A stretch of 64,000 nt of DNA, taken from NCBI GenBank assembly GCA_023213395.1, contig CM041465.1:189727741-189791740 (forward strand), in the 5' to 3' direction. The translations under genes and the position numbers were made by a program. The notes beneath the pieces are model-generated. The model did no database searches. It saw nothing but the letters and a program-made list of their open reading frames with translations, and was not told the origin of the DNA. The DNA is from Cycas panzhihuaensis (Eukaryota; Plantae; Cycadophyta). Positions 42,345-53,559 of the stretch are shown piece after piece; the first letter of the stretch is position 1, and each line of letters begins with the position of its first letter.

Positions 42345-44960
42345 ATGGAAGGTTACCGTCTGATTGGGCTTACCATGCCATGGCTTTGGGAACTCAAGAG
42401 TTTCCTGCATCTGTTTCAGAATCCATCCATGGGGGCGATGATTCCATCTATTATCTAGATGACCAGTTTCACCCCCACTAACTTTTGTCCTTCCCCCCAT
42501 GCAGTAGAAGATCCGTCTCCTCACGAGACTCACCATCCTACTGGTGAGCCTTACGAGGAGCGCCCTAAGGGATCCCTGACATTCAAGATCCCGTCGACCT
42601 CATATGGCTACGAGGATACCCCTCCCACTGACGTGGTTAAAGTGCTCAGTGAGTACTTTCGAACAACTCACCGCCAATCGCATCCTAGGTGGTTTGAAGA
42701 AATGTTGCGCAATGTAGCATCCTCTTCATCCATACCTGTGCCTCCTACAACGAATGATACTTCTGCCCACGCACACTTATCCTATGCCGTGTCTACACTA
42801 GCTCCCAGGGCAAGTGTTGTGCTGCTTATCCCTGGCTGCGATCCTACTTCTTTAGGACCCATTCGCGGCATGTCCTTTCCCTAACTTGGGGTTAGCATGC
42901 CATTTCTAAGTCAAACAAATGTGCCACCCTCAAACGTGGCACATGCGTTTCCTAGTAGGCCTCGAGGTCCTACTAGTGCTACCGTTGTTAACTATGTGGG
43001 ATATGCTCCTGCATACCTTCAAAACTCATCTGGTGGCCCCTCCCTTTACGTGCCCCCAGGTTACACGTCTCAACCTTGGGGACAGGGTAGGGGGAACCAT
43101 CTCCCTGCTTATGGGGTGGACCCGTTGCACCCATATGAGGTTGCACCACCTACAGGCAGCCCATATGGGCAGAACCCAATCCCTCACCCCTCGTTTTTGC
43201 CACCTAGCGCAGCTCCTGTTGCCGCGTCTTCGCAAGAGAACATACCTCCCTTCCAAGGCATTTATCTGCAACCCCCTTTCCAATAAGGGGCGTTTCCCCA
43301 AGGAGGGATGGGTTTACCACCCCCATCCATTCCTGTTCCTTTACCAGTCATCGATCTGTTGGGCCATGTAAGGACACATCCTTTCATGGACTACAGGTCA
43401 ATGCCATTATCCATTGAGGCGCTAAGGACTAACCTGCCACCTCACCCTCCTAAAGTTCCTAAGTTCGACGGAACTTCGTCACAAGACCCAACCGAGCACG
43501 TACGTAGTTTCTCTATGGCGTAGATTATTGGGATTACGACCATATTCTGATGAAGCTATTTCTGCGATCCTTGTAGGGCGACACCCTCAAGTAGTTTTAC
43601 CATCTCTCTGCCCATTCCATTTCTTCATTCCAGCAATTGGTGGACGAGTTCGTCAATTACTTTGATGTAGCCTGCCCATTCGAGAGCAAAATGAAAGTGC
43701 TCATGTCGCTTAAACAAGGTCAAGATGAAATGAATCGTGACTTTGTGCGATGCTTTCACGATCTCCTTCACTCTACCAAGGCCACGTTGCCTGAAGAGTT
43801 GAAGCGAGATCTCTTCGTCAACGTACTTTATCCCGAAGTGCATGTGGAAGTCCTTAAGATGGGGGCAACCATATGTGGCTCTATAATTACGAGGTGCTTG
43901 GCGTTGGAGGCCATTGAGATCCAAGCCAGACTCAAGAAACCTCCTAAGCCCTCACAACGTCGTGAGGCACCTCCCCCGGTGAAGGAAACCAAACCTTCGC
44001 AACCTGCCAGGTCTACCTCTCATCTAACTGAGAGGACCTTAAACCCTCTTACCTTCGTTATTCGCTCATTCGAGCGCACGATGAAGGAGCTTAAACTCCA
44101 GTCCCCTTCATCGCTGACCTCCCATAAACCGATTGAAGCTTTGTGTGGTATCCCCCAAAGGGGGTAACATCCAACCTTCTCAAGCAAGGAGGATTGATCC
44201 TTCCCTTGAGAAGAGATAGTGTTCCATCCATGGGGAGTGCTTCCACGATGATTCACATTATCGGGCGCAACACTCACGTGATGCCCCATCGTGCGATTCG
44301 TCCCCTAGGTAAGCATCGAGGCCTAACCTCGATCAACCCATTCAGAGAGACTCATTCCCCAAACATGGGGAACGTGGTCATGATGTTCAATAAAGGAACA
44401 ATCAAAATTGGGATGGATCCCCTAATTCTCGCCCTTCGCATAGTAGAGGGAAGGGTATGCGAAGACCATCTTCCCCTTCACACTCCCCTGACCGTCGTGC
44501 TCCATCACCTTCGCAGTCCCGTAACAAGGGAAAGAAGGTGATCCAGATGCTTGAGACTACTCCCTTTTATGCTTTGACCCAGTCTCAAATCACAAAGGAG
44601 GTAACAGGCACCTCCTCATCTACCTTGCAACTTGATCCTCCTCTGGAAGCCATTCCTCTAGAGATTCCCACACTTCCTAAGAGTATTCCCATTTGCCCCA
44701 GTAGATTCGACTTTAGGAGAGCCCTTACTCAACCCACAGGGAGGGGTAAGCCTTTCTCTGTAGTTGAAGAGCTTCTCACCGTGGCTACTGGGATGTCTAT
44801 CATGGACATCTTAAGAAGTTTCCATGAGCAGCGAATGGGCCTCTTGGAAGCTCTAGGATTGAATGACATATCCGTTCATGCCTTGGGCATAACCCAAAGT
44901 TACGAACCTATCATCTCCTTCGATCCCAAAGATCTCCCCTCGTCTAGTGGAAGGGAATGC
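42345..44960 (+). pseudogene. gag: gag (proline-rich N-terminus, retrotransposon gag core, CxxH-type zinc knuckle)
   Basis: PKVPKFDGTSSQDPTEHV, LMSLKQGQDEMNRDFVRCF, and knuckle CSIHGECFHDDSH at 44220. Contains stops and small frameshifts; start approximate. Confidence 0.85.
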
Positions 44961-45350
44961 TAATGGAACTTCCCTTTCACCATTACCATATATACTCCTG
45001 ATTGCACATTGCAAAGAACTGTCGTGGACAATAGTTCTTCCGTCAATGCCATGCCCTTGCGCATCATGCAAGAGCTTGGCATTTCTGCCTTGGAACCTGT
45101 TCCATGGCGATGTCAGGGTTATGATGGTAGTGAGAAGACTCCCTTGGGATCTGTCTCCATACCTCTTACTCTCGAGGATAAGACTGCCATTACTGACATC
45201 GTTGTCCTCGATGTTGACATTGATTACAACCTACTTCTGGGTCGACCATGGCTTGACCAAATAGGAGCCGTGTGTTCCACCCATTGGGGGCAACTTAAAT
45301 TTGTCCATAACAGACAGATGAAAGTTGTCTCCCATGAGCAATCACTCGCT
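44961..45350 (+). pseudogene. pol: Aspartic protease
   Basis: VVDNSSSVNAMP...YNLLLGRPWL. Confidence 0.92.
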
Positions 45351-46099
45351 AAACAAACTAGGCCTTCTGCTCAGGCGAGCCATGGCCATACTAAGGGAAA
45401 CAAATGCCCTTCCGATCATGTCTCGACCTGCTCCATCAGAATCCCTGGTTCCTCTTACCACGAAGAACATCTCATATCTTCTTCCCCTGATTTAATGTGT
45501 TTCGCCCCTATTGGCCTCAGAAGCTATGGGTACCTTGCCATGTTTAACGATGACGGGTCCCATAGTGAGGATGAGGATCGTCCTCACCCAATTTTATTTC
45601 CCCACACTAGTGTGGGGCATCCTCCTAGTCCTAGGTTTCTCCCTAGGACCCCTTTTGTTATAGAGCCTGGTCATTTTCATATGTCACATGACATTGCGTA
45701 TGTTGATCATCATGTTCCTAGCTCTTCCATCCCATCACCTTCCACAGGTGATGATGTTGAGAGTTTCCCTCTTTCTTTTTATGAGGGATCTCTCCTTGAC
45801 TCTACCTTAGAGTCCCTTAGGGATGTTCAGCAGCTTACAGGTCATACCAATCCTATCGCTCCCATGCCATCCTGCACCTCGTCCATTCGAAGTTAGGTCA
45901 TCCATGGGGTGGACTACTTCGAAGATGACGAGGTTTTGCTAGAGCACTTAGCTAGCTCCATGCCCAGTTTACCTTCTGGTTACTATAAGCTTGGCCACCA
46001 AAAGATCCTAGCGATTAGGTCCACACTAGCCGACCCAATCCCTTCTTCTATTGCGTCTCTTCCTGTTGATCTTGCCCCCCTCCATTTCAAGGAGGGAAA

Positions 46100-47160
46100 C
46101 GCTATGTGCATGGGGGCAACTCAGGACATAATCCTTGCCCCGGACAAGATCATCAAGGTAGGAGCAGAATGTACTCTTAACAAAGTGAGGGAATATTTCC
46201 TCCTGTTCTGGGAATTTCGTGATGTATTCATATGGGACTACTCAGACATGAAGGGGATTGACCCCTCTATCATCACGCATAACCTTACGACCGTTCCTGA
46301 CACTTGCCATGTGCATCAGAAGTAGCGTCCCCTTCACCTAAAACTTTCAGCTACTATTAAGATGGAGGTTGAGAAGCTTCTGGATGCGGGACTCATTTCT
46401 TCCATCGATTACCCTAAGTGGTTATCGAATATTGTTCCCGTTGCCAAAAAGAATGAGACCATTCGTATTTGTATCGACTTCCGTGACATAAACAACGCCT
46501 GTCCTAAGGACAACTTTCCTCTTCCCTTCATTGATCAAATAATTGATCGTACAGCTGGATTCAAAGTTATGTCCTTAATGAACGGCTTCTCTGGCTATAA
46601 CCAAATTCAGATTTCTCTTAAAGACTACCATAAGACGGCCTTCACTACGCCATGGGGTACTTTTGCCTACAAGGCAATGCCCTTTGGTCTCAAGAATGTA
46701 GGGGCTACTTATCAAAGAGCCATGCACTTCATCTTTCACGACCTCATCAACAATACGTTGGAGGTCTTCATGGATGATATGATGGGCCTTTCGCATACTA
46801 GAGCCCATCATCCCTCCAACTTGCGGGCCATCTTCATACGATGCCACAAGTATCACATTTGTCTAAACCCGATGAAATGTGTGTTTGCCATTACTTCAGG
46901 CAAACTCTTGGGTTTTCTTGTGTCACAACAAGGAATCCAAATCGATCCAGAAAAAGTCAAGGCAATCCTTGACATGCCGCTACCTAAGACCCAATGACAA
47001 ATTAAGTCGTTTCTGGGTAGGCTTGGTTTTCTGAGGCGTTTCTTGGCAAATTTTGCCATAAACACCAAGCCTCTTATGAACCTATTGAAGAAAGGAGCCC
47101 CTTTTCTCTAGTTAGATAAGACCCAAAAGGCCTTTGTAGGACTCAAGGAAGCCTTCGTTT
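46100..47160 (+). pseudogene. pol: Reverse transcriptase
   Basis: WLSNIVPVAKK, RICIDFRDIN, GFSGYNQI, MPFGLKNVGATYQRAM, EVFMDD. Same frame as PR; in-frame stops are of C>T/G>A type. Confidence 0.96.
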
Positions 47161-47570
47161 CCACTCCTATGTTGGCGCCTGCTCGCTTTCATAGGCCCTT
47201 CATTCTGTACACCTCGGCAATCGATGAATCCCTCGGCGCAATGCTTGCACAGGAGGACGATTTGGGAACCGAGAGGACTATTTATTTCATCAGCCACACT
47301 CTCGTTACCATTGAATTAAACTATCCTCCCACTGAGAAGGAATGCCTCTCCTTGGTCCATGCGACCAAGAAGTTTAGGCATTACTTGCTCGGTAATACAA
47401 CCAAGGTGATCGTTCAATCCGATCCCTTGTGTTACTTGCTTACTTATTCAAACTTGATGGGCAGGGTAGGTCGTTGGGCCATCCTGCTTCAAGAGTTCAA
47501 CTTGCAGGTCATTAATAGGAAGTCGAAGAAGGGAATGATAGTACCAGAACAATTAGCTGATGTTGCCATT
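47161..47570 (+). pseudogene. pol: Gypsy-type RNase H
   Basis: FILYTSA...LGAMLAQ...YPPTEKECLSLV...KFRHYL...RWAILLQEF. Confidence 0.93.
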
Positions 47571-47659
47571 CCCAATGCTAGTGGTATTCCTATTGACAAC
47601 TCTTTCCTGGATGAGTCTATTCTGACCATCCAAAACGCTTCTCCTCACCCACTCGCTGA

Positions 47660-48911
47660 TAGCGAGTGGTATGGTGACATTGTGTGGTATCTGACTCAGC
47701 AAGAATATCACCCTGAAGCTAGTAACAAGGTTAGGTCATGCATCCGTGCCACCACTAGGTAACACCTCCTCGTGGACAAAGTGTTGTACAAGAGATCCTT
47801 CGATGGGATCCTGCTTCGCTGTGTCACTCCTGATGAAGCAGACTAAATACTCTATGAATGCCACCATGGCATTTGTGGAGGCCACTTTGGAGGCCGATCC
47901 ATGGCCTAAATGATCCTTTGCATGGGTTATTACTGGCTGTCCTTGTTCAAGGATGCCCACGCCTATGCCCTTAGATGTCGGCGATGCCAAGAGAATGTAA
48001 ATATCTCTCATGTGCCCTCCGAGGCTTTACACCCTATCATGTCTTCGTGGCCCTTTTCTCAATGGGGCTTAGACCTCACTTGGGTTATATTGCCGCCATC
48101 TTCAGCACAACATAAATATATCTTAACCGCTACCGAATACTTCACTAAATGGACAGAGGCAATCCCCCTGTCCACTACACCTGGCAAGACAATAGCCACC
48201 TTCGTCTACCAGCATATTATTTGTCATTTTGGGATTCCAGATGTCCTAATTATGGATAATGGAACTTCCTTCTGTAATAAGGAAATGGATGAGCTATGCG
48301 AGAAATTTAAAATCTCGTATAAGACGTCATCCCCTTATTACCCCCAAGCAAACGGGCAAGTTGAATCTTTTAACAAAATGCTCATCAATATTCTGAAGAA
48401 GACCATTGCCCAATCTTAAAGGGATTGGCACATCCAAGTCCCTTCTGCCCTGTGGGCTTATTGCACTTCCATCTGCATGGCTACCAGAATGACTCCATTC
48501 TCGTTAGTCTACGGAACTGAGGCAGTACTCCCACTGGAAGTGGAGATCCCCTCTCTACGAGTTTCCCTTTGAGGCCTCATTGATGAGGAGTCTATTCGTC
48601 AGGCTCGCCTCCTGGACCTCGAAGCCCTAGACGAGAGGTGCTTAATGGCTTACCAAGTGAATCTTGCTTTGAAAGCCCACTTACAAAGGACATACGACAA
48701 ATGTCTTCGTGCCTGTCCTTTGTGCCCTGGGGACCATGTCCTCAAGTTGGAATACCTTTACGACTGCTTGGCCAAATTTGGGCCCAAATGGGTAGGCCCC
48801 TTCGTCATTCTTGAAAGCCTCGATAATGGTGCATATAGGATCGCTACCCTCGAAGGCTTAGAATTTGAGAAAGTGGTCAACGGGAAGTTCCTTAAGAAGT
48901 TTTATGTATGA
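47660..48911 (+). pseudogene. pol: Integrase (HHCC, DDE core, GPF tail)
   Basis: CHHGICGGH...CRRCQ, WGLD, IMDNGTSF, PQANGQVESFNK, KFGPKWVGPF. Stop at 48911. Confidence 0.96.
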
Positions 48912-49575
48912 TCCTTCTGCTTTTTCTTTGCAATGCTCCGAAATGAGCCTAAACTACCATCTTAAATTGTTCCTATTTCTCCCAACCATGGGTAGAATGG
49001 CAATTTAAGATGGATTCTTGCTTTTTCTTCTAGTTTCTCTCGTGGAACCCGCGTTCCCGTATCCTCTTGGGAACCTTTATCCTCCTATTTAGGCATTCCC
49101 CGACTAGGACGACACCATGGAGTATCGTCACTCCCCTTTCCTACTTGTTGTTTCCTTCGCATATTCCGCTATGCTCCTCCGTGAACATGCATGTCGCTCT
49201 ATTTCTAACCTTACACCTCTCGATCACCTCTGCTTATGGTGGACGCGTGTGCTCCTGTTAGATATATAGCCATACATGGAAGGAAATACATGCATATTAC
49301 AACAAAATACTTACAACAAAACATATTTACATCAAAACATTTACAACATACAAAGTAAAATATACATGTTATCTCTATCATACATGATATACACCATTTC
49401 ATGTCAAAATGGGGTTCCAATTATCCTATATATATATATCCATCAAAAAATGTCATGGTACATCATGCATGTGGGAAGTCGGGATCCTTGCAGGGGGGTA
49501 CAATCATATGAGCCTATATATGACCCCCTGGAGGCCCGTGCTTTCTTGTCAAAAATCAAATGTATATCTCATATG

Positions 49576-52081
49576 CTACTGTTGTCCTGCTCCCGGGGTG
49601 CCATCCCCTCGTCTGTGTGATCCCTCTCTTGGGGACCACATCCCTTTGAGGCTCCTCCTGGGTCTCCGTAAGCTACCTGCCTTGCTCCCCTTGTCCTGAG
49701 GTCGTCTCAGGGTCGTAGCCGATGTGTGGGTATAAGTCCAGCTCCTGCTCGACCTCAAGGCCATCTGGGCTAGCAACTGATCGTATCGAGCCTGGATATG
49801 ATCCCTCTCTCCTCGAAGCCCCTCCTCTGTCACCTTGAGGTGCTCCTCTAGTACCGTTATGCGGACCCTGCTCTCTGCATCTCCACCTGCTCCACTTTGA
49901 GCCTCTAAGGCCTGGACTTGTCTATGCAGCTCATCCCGCTCGCCCCTGGCCGTGTTAAGCTCTCGCTGAAGCTACCCCCTGAATGTCATGTGTTCCTAGG
50001 ACTCTGCAGCCTAGATGTCTCTCACCCTCGCCAGTGGGGTGAACGCCTACATATGGGCTCCTGCCAACCTGGGCGCATCCTTCGCCTAGATGGGCAGTTG
50101 CCCCTCTGCGTAAACCTGAGGAAACATCTCCCTCACCATGGCCTCCACTAGTTTCTGGACCTCTGCTACACGTGCCAATGTAACATGCCATGTGTCAGTG
50201 TATATCCCCACTGCATACCATAATAAAATAAAACCAAGTATCTATCTAGATGTTAAATGACTAAAGAAACGGTTAGGTCTCATCTACCATGGCTGTCGGC
50301 TCCCCTGCTCATGCGACATCCTCATCTCCTGGCTCTCTACCAGCCGTAGGTACCTCGTCCTCAGGTACCTCCTTTGCCTCAGCCTCGCTCCTAACAGGGA
50401 CTGGATTAACTCTTGCCTCTCCAGATCTCCTCACGATCCATAGTCTGCAGGCCCTGGTCACTGGCCCCCTGCTCTTCTCAGCAGCTCCTGATGGGCATGC
50501 CCCTCCTCCGGCAGTCCCGAATGGTCCTGTTGCTCCTCCTGCTGACCATGATGGACCTGCCCTTCCTGCAGGTCGTGATGGAACTGCCTCTCTTGTAGGT
50601 CGTGATGGGCTAGCCCCATCTCCCCCATCATCACTGTCATCGCCACTATCACCATCGCTATCATCGCTGCTATCGCCATCGCTGTCATCGTCGTCGTCAT
50701 CGATGGGCGCCCTTACTCCGCCTGCCTCATGGTCACTCTCCCACCTCACTGCCCTATATGGCTCTACTGTATAGTCTATCAAAGTGAGGAGGTCGAGTGA
50801 CATCACATCTACTGACTGGCGAATATGCGCATGGTTCTCTATCCCTCAGATCCGCGTCTGCCATCTGTGAACCATCGAGGCCCACTCTACTATGGGGTAT
50901 GGCCCCCCTGCTAATGCCACTGCCGTAAAATGGTCAAAAAACTAGCACTGCAACAACATGCTATAAGATAATCCTCTCTTGCCAAAACTCTGGACGGTGT
51001 CTAGCTATGTGATGAGGTTCACCACGACCAGGGTAGCCCAATCCATCCTCTCATGAGCCTCGACCTGCACCTTGCTGCATCCACCCAGCCTCCAAGGATC
51101 TCCCTGTAGTTATGTTTCCAGAAAATCTAGAACATAATGCATAGTACAATCAACTTCCTCACCCGAGGAACCCTAGACATAAGTATAATCTGGAGGGCAA
51201 CTCCCCTCTGCTCCCACCTGTTGGTCCCTGTGAAAAACTAGGTCATCTCTTTATGTGCTGCCTCAGTGCTAGGCAGCAATCCCAGTCTCACTAGTCTCCC
51301 AGTCGCCAGAACTCCCAGAATCTGCCTAATATCCCCTGGGGTAATCGTGACATCATCTATCTGAGGCAAGTGAAATACGTGCCTCCTCCTGTCCTAGTGT
51401 GACACAATGTCAACCAGAAGCCTCTTGTCTGACGTGAACTGAGGTATCTTGAGGGCCTTGTATAGGCCACACCTCTTCAGAGTCGCTCTGTCCTCTCGGG
51501 ACGCCATCTCCATGTAGCTTAATATAGGCATACCTACATTCTTGTGGTTGTCCACCGCGGTAATTGCCTTCAATCATCAAAAATCAGTCAAGGTCAGCCT
51601 CATAGTAGTCATCTATGCTCCTGGCTTTCTTTTTTATTTTCCTACCTGATTTTGGGGGCTGTTTAGCTCCTCTTTTATTTTTTCTGGTTTTCTGCCTGCG
51701 TACCGTGCTAAATTTAGCGGTACCGCTAAATTTAGAGTGGGTCCCGTGGTGATCGAAATCCTATGGTGATTCCACTTCCAAGATCGCGGCACCGCGATCT
51801 TGGCCACAGTATGAATGGCAACCCCCTTAAAAACGAGGGTTTCTGCCTAGAAAATCATAAAATTTTTGTGGTGGACCCCAGGTGAAATCTTGGGACCAGG
51901 GCTCCCTAGTGCCCAGGTCCCCGCCTCTTTTTGGGTCCAATTCAGACTCTGAGAGGCACCCAATTACCCATAAGAGGCATAAAAAATGCATTAAATTCAC
52001 TAAAAAGCAATAAACTTTGAACTTTGAAATGGGATGGGTTTTGTGAGATCCACTCGCTGGGTCTGGCTTAACCATCGCCAT
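49576..52081 (-). pseudogene. Antisense three-exon Plant Mobile Domain (PF10536-like) plus acidic plus coiled-coil gene
   Basis: Exon 1 52081-52058 reads MAMVKPDP. Exon 2 51567-~50288 reads AITAVDNHKNVG...LLVDIVSH*DRRRHVFHLPQIDDVTITPGDIRQILGV (PMD signature W..ETHTFHLP.GE.TITL.DV..ILG). Exon 3 50210-49576 reads LQRELNTARGERDELHRQVQALEAQ. Carries premature stops and at least one frameshift. Confidence 0.85.
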
Positions 52082-52240
52082 CTCGTCTCTTTGGTCGTAA
52101 TGGCTCTCGCTATGCTCAGATCCAATGGTCAGATCGTCTCCTGCGTACCTCTGAAGTCGGGTAACACTCAGCGTCGTAAGGAATTGGCTCTGGTTTTGCA
52201 TGAGAGCTGGTGAAAATGAATCTGATTTTCATTCATTTTC

Positions 52241-52250
52241 CTTATATAGG
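52241..52250 (-). promoter_or_regulatory. Candidate TATA box (CCTATATAAG) of the antisense PMD gene
   Basis: About 160 bp upstream of the exon 1 ATG, with GGGCCC/TGGGC motifs adjacent. Confidence 0.55.
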
Positions 52251-52776
52251 TGGGGGCCCCAATGGGCACTTATTCCATTTCTAACCTCGCGATAGCCGTT
52301 GGGACCGTCTCGTTTTCCTGGTCGCCTTTGCCTTCTGGCCCTACCGCCCATTATACTCTATGGACACCCTTTTTGCCTTCTCTTGCAAAGGCATTTATGG
52401 CACCCCATTATTGCACTTTTCTCTAGTACCCTTCTGCATCATTTTGTGCGCTACTCCTGTGAATGCATGAGTTTATACTCATCTAGCTCATTTTTCCACT
52501 CTAGACCTATTTCCACAGCTCTTTTTTTCCCCTGGGGTCCCCAAAGGAAATGCTCCTTTGTCTGGGGGCATGTTTTGCTTCCCAAAGCAACCTTTGGTGC
52601 TCCAGGGCATCTTTTCTCTGTCTTCTCTCAGTCGATGACTAGATTGCTCGCTCTTATTTTTGGGTAACCTCATTGTTAGGTCCTCCTACCCTTCTCAGCC
52701 ACCTTTTTGCTCACCATTCGAGTCTTCCTTTTACTTTTATTACTATTTGTTTGCTACTAGAGCTTAGCGTCCCGAC

Positions 52777-53199
52777 ATGTCCCTTTTCATTTTTACCAAT
52801 GGTAGAAGTCGTGGCAATCCTGGACCTTCCGCCGCTGCATGGATTCTTCGTAGCCCCTCCAGACATGACTACCTGTGTTCCAGAGTCTTCCTTCTCGAGG
52901 CAACCAATAACGAATCTGAGTATATGGCCATTATTGAGGCCCTTACCGATGCTCTATGTTTCCATCACGAGTCCATTGTGTTGCTTTGCGATTCTTAGGT
53001 TGTGGTGTCCCATCTCACCCAGGTCTACTAGGTGCGATGCCCTTACCTAAGAACCCTTGCATCTACTACCAGGTCTCTTCTGGCTCATTTCTCATCAATA
53101 TATATTTGGCATATCTCCAGGGACCTCAATGCTGAGGCCGATAGCCTCGTCTGCCTCATCCTTGAGCGTCACCTCCTTCTTCTTGACGACCACCTCTAA
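52777..53199 (+). pseudogene. Stand-alone archaeal-type RNase HI (aRH), 140 codons
   Basis: MSLFIFTNGRSRGNPGPSAAAW...EATNNESEYMAIIEAL...CDS*VVV...HISRDLNAEADSL. One frame with two internal TAG stops and a D>N change at the first catalytic residue. Confidence 0.92.
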
Positions 53200-53549
53200 G
53201 GCTCGTCTGGCCATCCCGTGCCTGAGTCTCTGGTTCCTTTTAGTTTGATGTGCTTGCTCTATTTGTTGGATGCCCTCCTACTACACGTTACACTTCAACA
53301 ATGGGGGCATCCCCTTTTACTTGCTTATTTCATTAGGAGGTCGATGCTTAGATGACGCGTAGGCAGCCCCTACGTTGTCCTTGTCTCCGTCGCCCTTGTC
53401 CACGCATTCTGCCACGACACTTGCCTATGCCCTTGGTTCATGTGCTACTCATTATTGCTTTTATATATATATGTGCATGTGCTACTCATATCTTTGATTG
53501 TCAGCATTCGCCATCACGTTACGCTTCCGAGCAGTGAGGCTCTGCTACC

Positions 53550-53559
53550 AAGGGGGTAG
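53550..53559 (+). promoter_or_regulatory. Polypurine tract (AAGGGGGTAG)
   Basis: Immediately 5' of the 3' LTR; equivalent at 16837-16846 and 58106-58115. Confidence 0.9.

Noticed and set aside
45340-46050. Ogre-type intron between protease and RT
   Set aside because: The linker stays in frame with PR and RT, and its peptide (IGLxSYGYLA) is conserved in element B, so it is coding.
50289-50774. 161 aa Ser/Pro-rich plus-strand ORF
   Set aside because: Antisense shadow of the acidic, Gly-rich part of PMD exon 2.
51827-52201. 124 aa minus-strand ORF as a separate gene
   Set aside because: Only the MAMVKPDP segment is conserved in other copies; the rest is leader and intron 1.
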